From positions 96,001-160,000 of the forward strand of contig CAWHXD010000017.1 of NCBI GenBank assembly GCA_963833225.1: a stretch of DNA of 64,000 bases, given 5' to 3'. This stretch comes from an uncultured Chloroflexia bacterium. Lineage in GTDB: Bacteria; Chloroflexota; Limnocylindria; Limnocylindrales; CSP1-4. The position numbers and the translations under genes are program-made. Below are positions 39,427-48,979 of this stretch, one piece after another. Positions within the stretch are counted from its first letter, which is position 1. The number at the start of each line of letters is the position of its first letter. Below the pieces are notes generated by a model that was not told where the DNA came from, made no database searches, and worked only from the letters and a program-made list of their open reading frames with translations.

Positions 39427-42400
39427 TCAGCGGACCGCGCTCGCCGGGCAGATCTCCCGGAAGGCGCACCAGCTGCAGGCGAGATGATCCGGCTTGGCCG
39501 TGAAGCTCCGATCCCGGATCCCCGCCGCGGCCGCCCGGATCGACAGCCGCGCCTTGTCGATCCGCTTGCGATCCACCGCGATGGTGCCGACCAGGCCCGA
39601 CTCGAGGAAGTGGAGCGCGACCGCGTCGGGCAGACGGCCCGTCATTGCCTCGTAGCCCATGGCATAGATGCTCAGCTGGAGCGAGTCCTTGGCGCGCTGC
39701 CGGGCCTTGACCGGGTCACGGACGTCGGACGACTTGTAGTCGGTGATCACCACGTGCTCGGGGTAGGTGAACAGGGTGGGCTCCACGACGTCTGCCGCCG
39801 CCGATTCCGCGACGGCCGCGAGCACCTCGGGCGGTGCCCCGTCACGCGGGATGATGTCCACGCGGTCGTACCGGCCGCGGACGCGATCACCGTCGAGCAG
39901 GAAGCTGAACTCGCGCTCGACGTAGGCGGGGATGATGGCCCCGGGACGCAGCTGCTCGTCGCGGAATCGTCGCAGGGAGTCCCGGCCGGCGGCCAGTCGG
40001 GCTTCCTCGTGCTCGCGGGACAGGAACCCCTCCGATCGCCACGCAGCGGTGAACGCGTCCACCAGCTGCTCTTCGCTCATCACGTCGCCGCGCGCATGCC
40101 GCTTGTGGAACTCCGCGACGGCCGCGTGGATCGCCGCGCCGTAGATGATCGAGTGGTGCGGGGCAAGCGGGACGCGCAGCACGTGCGCGTACTTGTACTT
40201 GAGCGGGCAGGTCAGGTAATCGTCGATGGCGTAGAACGAGAGCGTGATCGGCTCGCCCGTCCGGGACCGGGACGCAACCGGGGCCGCCTCGGGCCGCTCG
40301 TTCGCGGCGAGCCGCTCCAGCGGTGAGCTTGCCTTCGCGCCCGCGCTCGATGCGCCCGCGGCAACGGGCAGATCCAGGGCCTCCAGCACGAACGGCGAGA
40401 CGCGCCGCGCGCGCTGCCCGCCGTAGTCCGCCGCGTGGCTGAGCACCAGCTCATCCCGTGCCCGCGTCATGCCGACGTAGAACAGCCGGCGCTCCTCCTG
40501 GAGCTGGTAGTCGCCCTCCGGCAGCGTCTCGTTGACCAGCTCCACCGGCAGCGCCAGCGGCTCCCGTCGCCCGGTCGCGGGGAATCGCCCGGCCACGAGA
40601 CCCGGCAGGAAGACGACCGGGAACTCCAGTCCCTTCGCCTTGTGGACGGTCATCACGGCCACGGCGTTCGCGTCCGGGTCGATGTCCGCCGTGGGCGGGT
40701 CGTCGCCGGCACCGATCAGGGTCTGGAGATGGCGCACGAAGAAGATGACCCGGTCATCCGCGAGGAGCGAGGACTGGGCACGGACGATGTCGAAGAACCG
40801 GGCGATGTTGGACAGCGCCTCCTCCGCCGCGACCGTCTCGGTCTCGGCGAGCCGCTTGAGCCAGCCCGAACCGCGCAGGAACGCGTACAGCACCTCGCCG
40901 GTCGGCCGCTCGTGGGCCAGGGCCACGTACTCGCGAAGGTCGGCGACGAGCTGGGCGCCGGTCGCGCGGGTCTCTGGCCGCAGGCGCAGGATCCCGGGCT
41001 GGCGCCCGAGCTCCTCGAGGATCTCGAACACGCTCCGGTTCCGTCGTCGCGCGGTGTTGACGATGTTGACCAGGTCCTCGCCGCCCATCTCGTACAGCGG
41101 CGACGCCGCGAGCGCGTACACGTCCACCGATGCGTTGGGATCCGCGACCGCGCGCAGGAACGAGAGCAGCAGCTTGATCTCCGGCCGCGCATAGAGTCCG
41201 CTGGTGCCGGAGAACCGCCACGGGATCCCCTCCAGGTTCAACGAGCGGAGCACGGGGTCCGCGGCGGCGTTCGCCCGGACCAGGATCGCGACATCGCGCG
41301 GCGGAGCGCCCTCGCGGACCCGCCGGGCGATGTCCGCGGCGATCCAGTCCGCCTCCTCCGCGCCCGACGCGAACGCCTCGTGCCGGACAGCCGGGGCGTC
41401 GTCGCCGCCGCGCTCCGGGACGAGCTTCTTGACGATCCCCGCCTTGACCTCGAGCCGGTCCGGATCGTTGTGACGGACCAGCCGGTAGGCGGCGTCGAGG
41501 ATGGGTCCGCGAGACCGGTAGTTGCGGCGCAGGACGACGACCCTCGCGTTCCGGTAGCGCTCCCGGAACTCCAGGATGTTGCTGATCGCCGCGCCGCGGA
41601 ACTTGTAGATCGACTGGTCGTCGTCCCCCACCACGGTCACGTTGCGGTGGCGCTGGGCGACGAGGGCGACCAGCTCCGCCTGGGCCCGGTTCGTGTCCTG
41701 GAACTCGTCCACGAGCACGTACCGGAACCGCTGCTGGATCTGTTCGCGCGCGGAGGGTGAGTCGCGCAGGAGCCGGAGAGCGAGCGAGACCTGGTCCCCG
41801 AAGTCGATGGCCCCGTTTGCGGCCAGCAGCCGCTGGTACGTGCCATAGGCGCGGGCCAGCTCGCCCCGCCGGCGCGCCTCCTCGGCCAGGGCCGCCACGG
41901 CGTCGGGGTCCGCGTCCGGCGCTTCGCCCGCCGCGGCCGCCTCCGCCGCCAGTCGCTCGGCGTGGGCAAGGAAGGCGTCCGGTGAGACGTCCTCGTCCTT
42001 GGCCCGCGAGAACAGGGTCGCGAGCGCATCGAGGAACTTGGTCGGATCGCCCAGCGGCCGATACTCATCGAGGCCCAGCTCGAACACGTGCTCGCGCAGG
42101 AACACGACCGTCTCGGGACGCGACAGCACGCGGACGTCCGATGGCAGCCCCAGCTCCAGCGCGAACTCGCGAACCAGGCGGTCTCCGAAGGCATGGAAGG
42201 TCGAGATCGCCGTGTCCGTGTAGCCGTAGGGGACGAGCTGGTCCACGCGCACCTGCATCTCGTCCGCCGCCTGGTCCGTGAACGTCAGGGCCAGGATCTC
42301 GGCGGGACGGGCGCGCTTGGTGGCGATCAGCCAGGCGATCCGGCGGGTGATGACCTGGGTCTTGCCCGTCCCCGCGCCGGCGACCACCAGCAGCGGCCCG

Positions 42401-42576
42401 TCCGCATGGGAGACCGCGCGCCGCTGCTCCGGGTTCAGGCCTTCGAGGAGCTGGTCCGTTCCCTCGGCCCCGGGCGCTTCGTTGACGGTGGCCTCGGCGT
42501 CGCCCCAGACCGGGATCTGGACCAGGGGCTGGGGCTCGCCGCGGGCGATCCGCCGTCTCACCGGGCGCTCCACCAC
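39427..42576 (-). CDS. UvrD/PcrA-type helicase fused to a PD-(D/E)XK nuclease (AdnB/AddA-like; start uncertain)
   Basis: AGAGTGKT, VDEFQD, TVHKAKGLEF, EERRLFYVGMTRA. Nuclease part: YLTCP, GRYDRVD, DYKS, QLSIY, CSWCAFREIC. Confidence 0.92.
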   Translation of the reverse strand: MVERPVRRRIARGEPQPLVQIPVWGDAEATVNEAPGAEGTDQLLEGLNPEQRRAVSHADGPLLVVAGAGTGKTQVITRRIAWLIATKRARPAEILALTFTDQAADEMQVRVDQLVPYGYTDTAISTFHAFGDRLVREFALELGLPSDVRVLSRPETVVFLREHVFELGLDEYRPLGDPTKFLDALATLFSRAKDEDVSPDAFLAHAERLAAEAAAAGEAPDADPDAVAALAEEARRRGELARAYGTYQRLLAANGAIDFGDQVSLALRLLRDSPSAREQIQQRFRYVLVDEFQDTNRAQAELVALVAQRHRNVTVVGDDDQSIYKFRGAAISNILEFRERYRNARVVVLRRNYRSRGPILDAAYRLVRHNDPDRLEVKAGIVKKLVPERGGDDAPAVRHEAFASGAEEADWIAADIARRVREGAPPRDVAILVRANAAADPVLRSLNLEGIPWRFSGTSGLYARPEIKLLLSFLRAVADPNASVDVYALAASPLYEMGGEDLVNIVNTARRRNRSVFEILEELGRQPGILRLRPETRATGAQLVADLREYVALAHERPTGEVLYAFLRGSGWLKRLAETETVAAEEALSNIARFFDIVRAQSSLLADDRVIFFVRHLQTLIGAGDDPPTADIDPDANAVAVMTVHKAKGLEFPVVFLPGLVAGRFPATGRREPLALPVELVNETLPEGDYQLQEERRLFYVGMTRARDELVLSHAADYGGQRARRVSPFVLEALDLPVAAGASSAGAKASSPLERLAANERPEAAPVASRSRTGEPITLSFYAIDDYLTCPLKYKYAHVLRVPLAPHHSIIYGAAIHAAVAEFHKRHARGDVMSEEQLVDAFTAAWRSEGFLSREHEEARLAAGRDSLRRFRDEQLRPGAIIPAYVEREFSFLLDGDRVRGRYDRVDIIPRDGAPPEVLAAVAESAAADVVEPTLFTYPEHVVITDYKSSDVRDPVKARQRAKDSLQLSIYAMGYEAMTGRLPDAVALHFLESGLVGTIAVDRKRIDKARLSIRAAAAGIRDRSFTAKPDHLACSWCAFREICPASAVR

Positions 42577-42673
42577 GAGACCGGGCTGGGGGGTGGCAGG
42601 GCGACGGGGAGCAGGCACCCCGTGAGTGTGTGGCGAGCCCGTGCCAGCTCGGGTGTCACGGGTCCCATGACGA

Positions 42674-43192
42674 TCAGCCCTTCGCCGGTCCCGTCCCGGA
42701 GGCCAGCGCAATCCGCAGCGCCTCCGCCTCCTCGTCCGAGAGCGCGGCCTCGGAGCGCCCGCCGAGGACGCCCTTGCCGTAGACCCGGGTGGCGGTGCGG
42801 GTGTGGAGGCTGCTCACGATGAACCCATCGCCGCGGCCGTCGAGCAGCGCGAGCGCGAAGCTCTGGTTGCCGCCAGTGTCCTCGAACGGGTTGTAGCGGA
42901 CCAGCCCCAGCCGCTGGAACGCCCCGGGCTCATCGCTCTCGAGGACCGCGGTCCTCGCCTTGAGCGCGTCGAGCTCGCGCACGACCGCGTAGACCTTGTC
43001 GATGTGGGCCTCGAGCGTCGCCTCGAGGCTGGCGCCGTTGCCGCCGGCCATCAGCAGGCCGATCCGGCGGTCCAGCTGCCGCTGGCGGCGCACGAGGACC
43101 AGGACCACGATCAGGAGCACAAGGACGACCGCACCCAGCACCAGCATCACGGGGCCGAGCGACTGGGAAAGGGACTGCGTCAGGTCGTCCAA
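42674..43192 (-). CDS. DUF4446 family membrane-anchored protein
   Basis: TM, then GLVRYNPFEDTGGNQSFALALLD...LSDEE. TTG start. Confidence 0.85.
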   Translation of the reverse strand: MDDLTQSLSQSLGPVMLVLGAVVLVLLIVVLVLVRRQRQLDRRIGLLMAGGNGASLEATLEAHIDKVYAVVRELDALKARTAVLESDEPGAFQRLGLVRYNPFEDTGGNQSFALALLDGRGDGFIVSSLHTRTATRVYGKGVLGGRSEAALSDEEAEALRIALASGTGPAKG

Positions 43193-43360
43193 GGGAGTCC
43201 TCTGCAGGAAGGGCTGGCGGGCGGCCAGAGGATACCAGCCGCCGCTCACGCGCCATGCCCACGGCCCTCCGGCGACGCTCAGGAGACGCGCCCGGTGTAT
43301 CCTCCCCGCCGACACGCCGTGATCGCGGCGACCCGTCCAGGTGGAGGCCCGAACCCCGTC

Positions 43361-43762
43361 ATGGCGAAGCGCGCCCGAGGCAGCGTCCGACCCGGCCAGC
43401 GTCGGCCAACCGCCCGCCGCCCGGCTGCCCCCGGCGCGTCGGGAACCCCGACGGCCGCGGCTCCGAGGTCCGCGGGGTTGTCCGAGGCCGAGCTCGCCCG
43501 CGCGGCCGAGCTCGAAGCGCAGATGCTGGCGGCCGAGAAGGCCGCCGACCAGGCGCGCTCGCGCACCCGGGCCCGGGCGGCAACCCGCGAGGCCGTGTCG
43601 CCGGTGGCCCCGGGCTCGCTCGCGGTCAAGGCCGCCAACGAGTACGCGTACGTGTCCCGCGACGTGAAGGACATCGTCCGCATCGCCTCCCTGCTGATCG
43701 GCACCCTGATCCTGCTCTGGATCCTGATCGACGTCACCAAGGTGATCCCGATCGGCGGCTGA
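43361..43762 (+). CDS. Hypothetical protein: basic N-terminus, coiled coil, C-terminal TM
   Basis: GGAGG upstream. EYAYVSRDV is followed by a hydrophobic helix. Confidence 0.75.
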   Translation: MAKRARGSVRPGQRRPTARRPAAPGASGTPTAAAPRSAGLSEAELARAAELEAQMLAAEKAADQARSRTRARAATREAVSPVAPGSLAVKAANEYAYVSRDVKDIVRIASLLIGTLILLWILIDVTKVIPIGG

Positions 43763-43823
43763 CGCCGCGCGGGGCCTACCTCCGGCCCATGCCGCCCGGA
43801 TGCGCCTGCACACGCTCGAAGGG

Positions 43824-44309
43824 CTACTCGATCGCCGGGTGCGGCCTGCCCGACTCGGTCAACCGCCTGTCGAGCGCGACGGCAAGCGCCTCATGCCATC
43901 TGCTCCAGTCCGGCGCGTTCGCCTTGGCGCGATAGCCGCGCATGATCGGCGAAATCTTGCTCCAAGTCATGAGCGTTGGACTCGACAGGAGGTCATCAAG
44001 GAAGTCGATCTCCGCGAGCCCGCGCGCGTACATGACCCCCATCGTCTCGAACAGCATTCGGACGACGTTGAGCGCCGCCTTCTCCTCGAGCGTCGCCTCC
44101 GCATCGAATTGCTCGAACGTGGTGTACCTCCACGTCTGGACCAGCCAGTAGGCCCTCGAGAAGGCGGGATCGAAGAACGGCGCATAGACCCGCAGGACCA
44201 TCTCCTCCTGACGCTGCTTCGCGAGGCCGCGGAGCTGGAGCAGCCCGACGACGAGGGCGAGGACGACAGCGACGTTGCCGAGGGCGGATAGGGCTTGCAC
44301 CACGTCCAT
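43824..44309 (-). CDS. DUF4760-like protein
   Basis: N-terminal TM ending LLQLR, then FETMGVMYARGL and W..I.P.M. GGAG RBS. Confidence 0.65.
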   Translation of the reverse strand: MDVVQALSALGNVAVVLALVVGLLQLRGLAKQRQEEMVLRVYAPFFDPAFSRAYWLVQTWRYTTFEQFDAEATLEEKAALNVVRMLFETMGVMYARGLAEIDFLDDLLSSPTLMTWSKISPIMRGYRAKANAPDWSRWHEALAVALDRRLTESGRPHPAIE

Positions 44310-44405
44310 CAGATCTCCACTCGCTGGTTCGGGTAAGTGACGGAGCCTACTCCACCCCCTCGCCACCAGGCACGGCGTGGGAGCAGGCCTCGTAGACTGG
44401 GTGCG

Positions 44406-45929
44406 ATGCCCTCAAGCCGTCCTCCCCACCGCGTGACCGGCGCCCGTCCCGAAGCCCTGTTCAAGCCCCCTCCCGAGCGACAGCCGCTCGCGGCCCGGAT
44501 GCGGCCGCGCACGCTCGAGGAGTTCGTCGGCCAGGGGCACCTCGTCGGCGAGCGCGGGCCGCTCCGCCGGTCCGTCTCCCGCGGCCACCTCGCCTCGATG
44601 CTCCTGTGGGGCCCGCCCGGCACCGGCAAGACCTCCCTCGCCCGGCTGCTCGCCGACGCGGTTGGCGCCGAGTTCCGCACCGTGTCGGCCGTCATGTCCG
44701 GCGTCGCGGAGGTTCGAGCGATCGTCGCCGAGGCCCAGGAGCAGCTGACGCTGAACGGCCGCCGGTCGGTCCTGTTCGTCGACGAGATCCACCGCTTCAA
44801 CAAGGCCCAGCAGGACGCGCTGCTGCCCCATGTCGAGGACGGCACCGTCACCCTCATCGGCGCGACAACCGAGAACCCGTACTTCGAGGTGAACTCGGCG
44901 CTCCTGTCCCGGATGCGCGTGTGGCGCCTGGAGCCGCTGACCGACGAGGACGTCTCCGCGATCTGCCGGCGGGCGCTCGAGGACGCGGATCGCGGGCTGG
45001 CCGGGATGTTCGGGCCGCGCGGCGGCGTGGCCATGGCCGACGAGCCGTTCGAGCACCTCGTCGAGGTCGCCGGTGGCGACGCGCGGCAGGCGCTCAACAT
45101 CCTCGAGGGGGCGGTGGCGCTCGCCGAGGACGAGGACGCCCACGACGCCGACGGCCGGGTCTCCCCCACCCTCGCCCAGGTCGAGTCGGCCGCGCAGCAG
45201 CGCGTGCTCGCCTACGATCGCGCCGGCGACGGCCATTACGACACCGTGTCCGCGTTCATCAAGAGCCTCCGCGGCAACGACCCCGACGCCGCGCTGTACT
45301 GGCTGGCGGCGATGATCGCGGCCGGCGAGGACCCGAAGTTCGTCGCCCGGCGGCTGATCATCAGCGCCTCGGAGGACGTGGGCAACGCGGATCCGCGCGC
45401 GCTCCAGGTCGCGGTGGCCGCGGCCCACGCGCTCGACTACATCGGCCTGCCGGAGGCGCAGTACGCGCTGGCCCAGGCGACGACCTACGTCGCGACCGCG
45501 CCAAAGTCGAACCGCGCCGGTGGCGCGTACTGGGCGGCCGCCGGCGATGTCGCCGACAAGGGCTCGCTCCCAGTCCCCAATCACCTGCGCAATGCCGCCG
45601 ACCGGCGGATGAAGCACCACGGCATCGGCGTCGGCTACCAGTACCCGCACGACTTCGCGGGCCACGACGTGGACCAGCAGTACCTGCCCGACGCGCTCGC
45701 GGATCGCCGCTACTACCTCCCGTCGGACCAGGGCTACGAGAAGACGATCGGCGAGCGGATGGCCTGGCGCGCAGGCGAGCGAGAGGCAGCGCGCGTCGCG
45801 GGACGCACCCCGCGCAACCCGGTCCCCGGGCCCAGGGGGGACGGGATGGGGGCGTCCGGCAAGATCACCCGGGCCCGGGAGGAGGGCCGCAGGCGCCTCG
45901 CGGACACCCAGAAGAGCGACGCCGGGTGA
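44406..45929 (+). CDS. rarA: Replication-associated recombination protein A
   Basis: [44 protein letters not shown]. Confidence 0.95.
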   Translation: MPSSRPPHRVTGARPEALFKPPPERQPLAARMRPRTLEEFVGQGHLVGERGPLRRSVSRGHLASMLLWGPPGTGKTSLARLLADAVGAEFRTVSAVMSGVAEVRAIVAEAQEQLTLNGRRSVLFVDEIHRFNKAQQDALLPHVEDGTVTLIGATTENPYFEVNSALLSRMRVWRLEPLTDEDVSAICRRALEDADRGLAGMFGPRGGVAMADEPFEHLVEVAGGDARQALNILEGAVALAEDEDAHDADGRVSPTLAQVESAAQQRVLAYDRAGDGHYDTVSAFIKSLRGNDPDAALYWLAAMIAAGEDPKFVARRLIISASEDVGNADPRALQVAVAAAHALDYIGLPEAQYALAQATTYVATAPKSNRAGGAYWAAAGDVADKGSLPVPNHLRNAADRRMKHHGIGVGYQYPHDFAGHDVDQQYLPDALADRRYYLPSDQGYEKTIGERMAWRAGEREAARVAGRTPRNPVPGPRGDGMGASGKITRAREEGRRRLADTQKSDAG

Positions 45930-45939
45930 GCCCGCTCCG

Positions 45940-46194
45940 ATGAGGCGGATCTCGGTCGTCGGTTCGAGCGCATCGGGCACGACGACGACGGCCAGCATCG
46001 TGTCGCAGATCCTGGGAGTACCGCATCGCGAGCGCTGCGATGCAATGCTCCGTGACGGCACGTGGCAGCACCTCAGCTTGAGGCGGCTGCGGACGACGGC
46101 AGACTTCCGATCCTTCCTGGACGAGGTCCGGGCAGCTGTCCCTGGAATCGCCGCACCGGGCGCCCGGTGGCGGTCCGCACCGGGCTACCGCTGA
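45940..46194 (+). pseudogene. Internally deleted P-loop kinase (FlaR/adenylate-kinase-like) remnant
   Basis: MRRISVVGSSASGTTT...LGVPH is joined directly to a C-terminal-type segment, WQHLSLRRLRT..FL. The Walker A Lys is absent. Confidence 0.6.
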
Positions 46195-46272
46195 CGGGGA
46201 GCCTGGGCACCGGCGCGTCCCAGCCGGTACCGTCCCACCGACGGCGTGCATCGCGTCACAGGGGAGCGGGCC

Positions 46273-47673
46273 GTGCCGACGGCCGCCAAGGAGGGTCGAG
46301 AGCCGATGGGATGGCTCCGGGCGGGAGTGGCAGCCAGCCGAGGCATCCTCGCGCGATTCCTGCCCCAGGGCGCCATCCTGCTCTCGGTCCTGACCTTCGC
46401 CGCCTACGCCGCGGGCCTGGTGCGCGACCGACTGTTCGCGCAGACCTACGGAGCCGGGGTCGAGCTCGACGCCTACAACGCGGCATTCGTGCTCCCGGAG
46501 CTCGCCCTCGACGTCCTGGTCGCCGCGGGGCTGACGGCGCCCTTCGTCCCGGTGTTCAGCACGCTTCGAGGCGAGGATCCCGGGGCGGCAACCCGGTTCG
46601 CCCAGACCGTGCTCACGCTGGCCGTGATCGTGATGGGCGCCGCGTGCGCGGTGCTGCTGGTGATCGCGCCGTGGACCGTCGAGCTGATCGCGCCGGGCTT
46701 TGACACCGCCGGGCGCGCCCTGTACCTCGAGCTGTTCCGCCTGATGCTGCTGACGCCGATCCTGTTCGCCGCCTCGATCGCCCTGGGCGAGGTCCTCGTC
46801 GCGGAGCGCCGGTTCCTGTTCTATGCGCTCGCGCCCATCCTGTACAACGTCGGAATCGCCGGGGGCACGTTCCTGCTCCACGACGCGATCGGCATCCGGG
46901 CGGCCGCGGTCGGGGCGGTCGCGGGAGCCGCGCTCCACCTGGGGATCCGGGTCGCCGGGATCCTGCGCTCCTCCGTCCCGCTGCGGCCCCGGCTCGACCT
47001 CCGGCTGCCGGCCCTGCGCGAGTTCCTGCGGCTGATGGTGCCCAAGATGGCAAGCCACCCGATCGAGCCGCTGACCTTCCTGTACTTCACCCGCGTCGCG
47101 TCCACGCTGGCTGCGGGCAGCGTCACGGCCATCTCGTTCGCCCGCAACTTCCAGAGCGTGCCGGTGTCGCTCATCGGCGTGTCCATCGCCCTCGCCGCGT
47201 TCCCGGGCCTGTCGGCCGCGTGGGCGGCCGGCGACCGGGCGGGGTTCTCGGCCGAGATCCGGCGCAATGCCATCACCGTGGGCGTGCTCTCGCTGGTCGC
47301 CGCCCTCGGCCTGGTCGTGGTGGGGCCGCTGGGGATCGAGCTGCTGCTGGGCGGCGGGCGATTCGATGCCGCGGACGTCCAGCTCACCGCGACGGTCCTG
47401 GCCGCGTTTGCCATCGCGGTCCCGTTCGATGCCATGGGCCACCTGGTGGCGCGCGGCCTGTACGCGACGCACAACACGCTGCTCCCGGTGGCGGCGGCGT
47501 TCACGGGCTTCGGAGTGACGGTCGCCACAACGGCGCTCCTGGTCGGGCCGCTGGGCGTCGTGGCGGTCCCGCTCGGGTTCACGGCCGGGACCGCCGTCAA
47601 GGTGGTGCTCCAGGCAGTCGCCCTGTGGTGGCGGATTCGCCGCGCCCCCACCCCGCACGAGGCTACGGCTTGA
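46273..47673 (+). CDS. murJ: Lipid II flippase MurJ
   Basis: GLVRDRLFAQTYG, DAYNAAF, APILYNVG, ARGLYA, many TM segments. Confidence 0.88.
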   Translation: MPTAAKEGREPMGWLRAGVAASRGILARFLPQGAILLSVLTFAAYAAGLVRDRLFAQTYGAGVELDAYNAAFVLPELALDVLVAAGLTAPFVPVFSTLRGEDPGAATRFAQTVLTLAVIVMGAACAVLLVIAPWTVELIAPGFDTAGRALYLELFRLMLLTPILFAASIALGEVLVAERRFLFYALAPILYNVGIAGGTFLLHDAIGIRAAAVGAVAGAALHLGIRVAGILRSSVPLRPRLDLRLPALREFLRLMVPKMASHPIEPLTFLYFTRVASTLAAGSVTAISFARNFQSVPVSLIGVSIALAAFPGLSAAWAAGDRAGFSAEIRRNAITVGVLSLVAALGLVVVGPLGIELLLGGGRFDAADVQLTATVLAAFAIAVPFDAMGHLVARGLYATHNTLLPVAAAFTGFGVTVATTALLVGPLGVVAVPLGFTAGTAVKVVLQAVALWWRIRRAPTPHEATA

Positions 47674-48568
47674 GCGGCAGCGTGGGCACGATCGCGATGA
47701 AGCGACCGTCGCGCCCGGGGTAGCTACCCTCGGGCCGCTTCCACGGGAAGTAGTTGTCGCGCATCGACGCCATGGCGTGAAGCGTGCCCGGCGGGTCGGA
47801 CCGCGGCCAGATCTCAGAGACCCACGGGTACCACGGATCCTGGATGTAGACGCCCGAGATCCTCGCGTCGTCGAACACCGCCGGGTCGGCATCGGCGCGG
47901 AAACCCGTCATGACCCACGTATGGGCACCGTTCCAGACCAGGAGGATCACCGGGGCGCCGGTGGCCTCGATCGCTCGCGCGGCGTCCGCCAGCGCGTCCT
48001 GGCGGGTCTCGTAGGCGCGGACCTCGTAGCCCGGAACGCCGTTCGCCTCCAGCGCGGCCGCCATCGCCGAGGGGCCCCACCCGCCGTTCCGGCTGTCGCG
48101 CTTGCTCTCCCACGCGTCGACCCGGCCGGCAAGCTCGTGCTGGTAGGCCTTGGTGAGCGGGGCCTTGCCGTGGATCGCGAGCACCATCTGCGTACCGGCC
48201 ACGGCGCACCAGTCGTGGTCGTCCTGGTGGATGAAGCTCGCCGCGGGGTCGCCGAGGATCTGGAGGTCGATGCGCTCGCGCACCGGTGTCGGGGTCGGGG
48301 TGGGTGTGGGTGGCGTGGTCTCGCCCGGCGCGAGCGACACCGACGGGGCCGGCGTGGGCGACGGTCGGGGCGTGACCAGGACATCCGCCGCGATGGGCCG
48401 GTCGGGCGGAGGATGGAGGACGAGCGCGACCTTGTCGACGAGGTTGTCGAAGCGGGCCCCGACCCCGAACAGGTTGAGCCACACGGCGCCAGCACCGAGG
48501 ATGCCGAGCGCGAGCACGGCGATGGCGATGGCCCCCCACGGGGCGCTGCGGCGGCGATGGGCGTGCAT
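47663..48568 (-). CDS. Membrane-anchored C39-like (papain-fold) peptidase domain protein
   Basis: TM, Pro/Thr linker, and a candidate Cys/His/Asp triad in WCAVAGTQM, AHTWVMTG and IQDPW. Confidence 0.7.
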   Translation of the reverse strand: MHAHRRRSAPWGAIAIAVLALGILGAGAVWLNLFGVGARFDNLVDKVALVLHPPPDRPIAADVLVTPRPSPTPAPSVSLAPGETTPPTPTPTPTPVRERIDLQILGDPAASFIHQDDHDWCAVAGTQMVLAIHGKAPLTKAYQHELAGRVDAWESKRDSRNGGWGPSAMAAALEANGVPGYEVRAYETRQDALADAARAIEATGAPVILLVWNGAHTWVMTGFRADADPAVFDDARISGVYIQDPWYPWVSEIWPRSDPPGTLHAMASMRDNYFPWKRPEGSYPGRDGRFIAIVPTLPLKP

Positions 48569-48670
48569 GGACAGGCATCAACTCCGGGTCATCAGGCACG
48601 GGGACGCACGGACATGCACGCGTGCGACGCCGGACCAGCACGGGGATTCGGTGCGGCCCCCCTCCGCGGC

Positions 48671-48979
48671 TCAGGCCTTCGGCTTGCGGCCCCGTCCGCC
48701 CGGCAGCCTGCCCGGCGAGATGTAGATGGTCCGTGCGCGCACGGCCATCGACGTCCCCGGCCGGTGCGTGGCGATGGCCTTCTTGACGGCGGCCCGCATC
48801 GTGGGGATCTTGTCCGCGGGATCAAGCTCGATGGCCAGGATGTCCTCGTCGGCCTTGAGCCGACCAAGGGCCTTCCGGATCTCCTCCTGGCGCTGGAGCG
48901 CGGCAAGCTGGCGGGGCGAGAGCGCCCGCTCGCGGGGCTTGGGCGTGAGCTCCTCGATCTTCGCGCTGCGGATTCGCAT
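48671..48979 (-). CDS. Small basic hypothetical protein with GRGRKPK tail
   Basis: GGGAGT RBS, 102 aa, GC3-rich codons. Confidence 0.75.
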   Translation of the reverse strand: MRIRSAKIEELTPKPRERALSPRQLAALQRQEEIRKALGRLKADEDILAIELDPADKIPTMRAAVKKAIATHRPGTSMAVRARTIYISPGRLPGGRGRKPKA

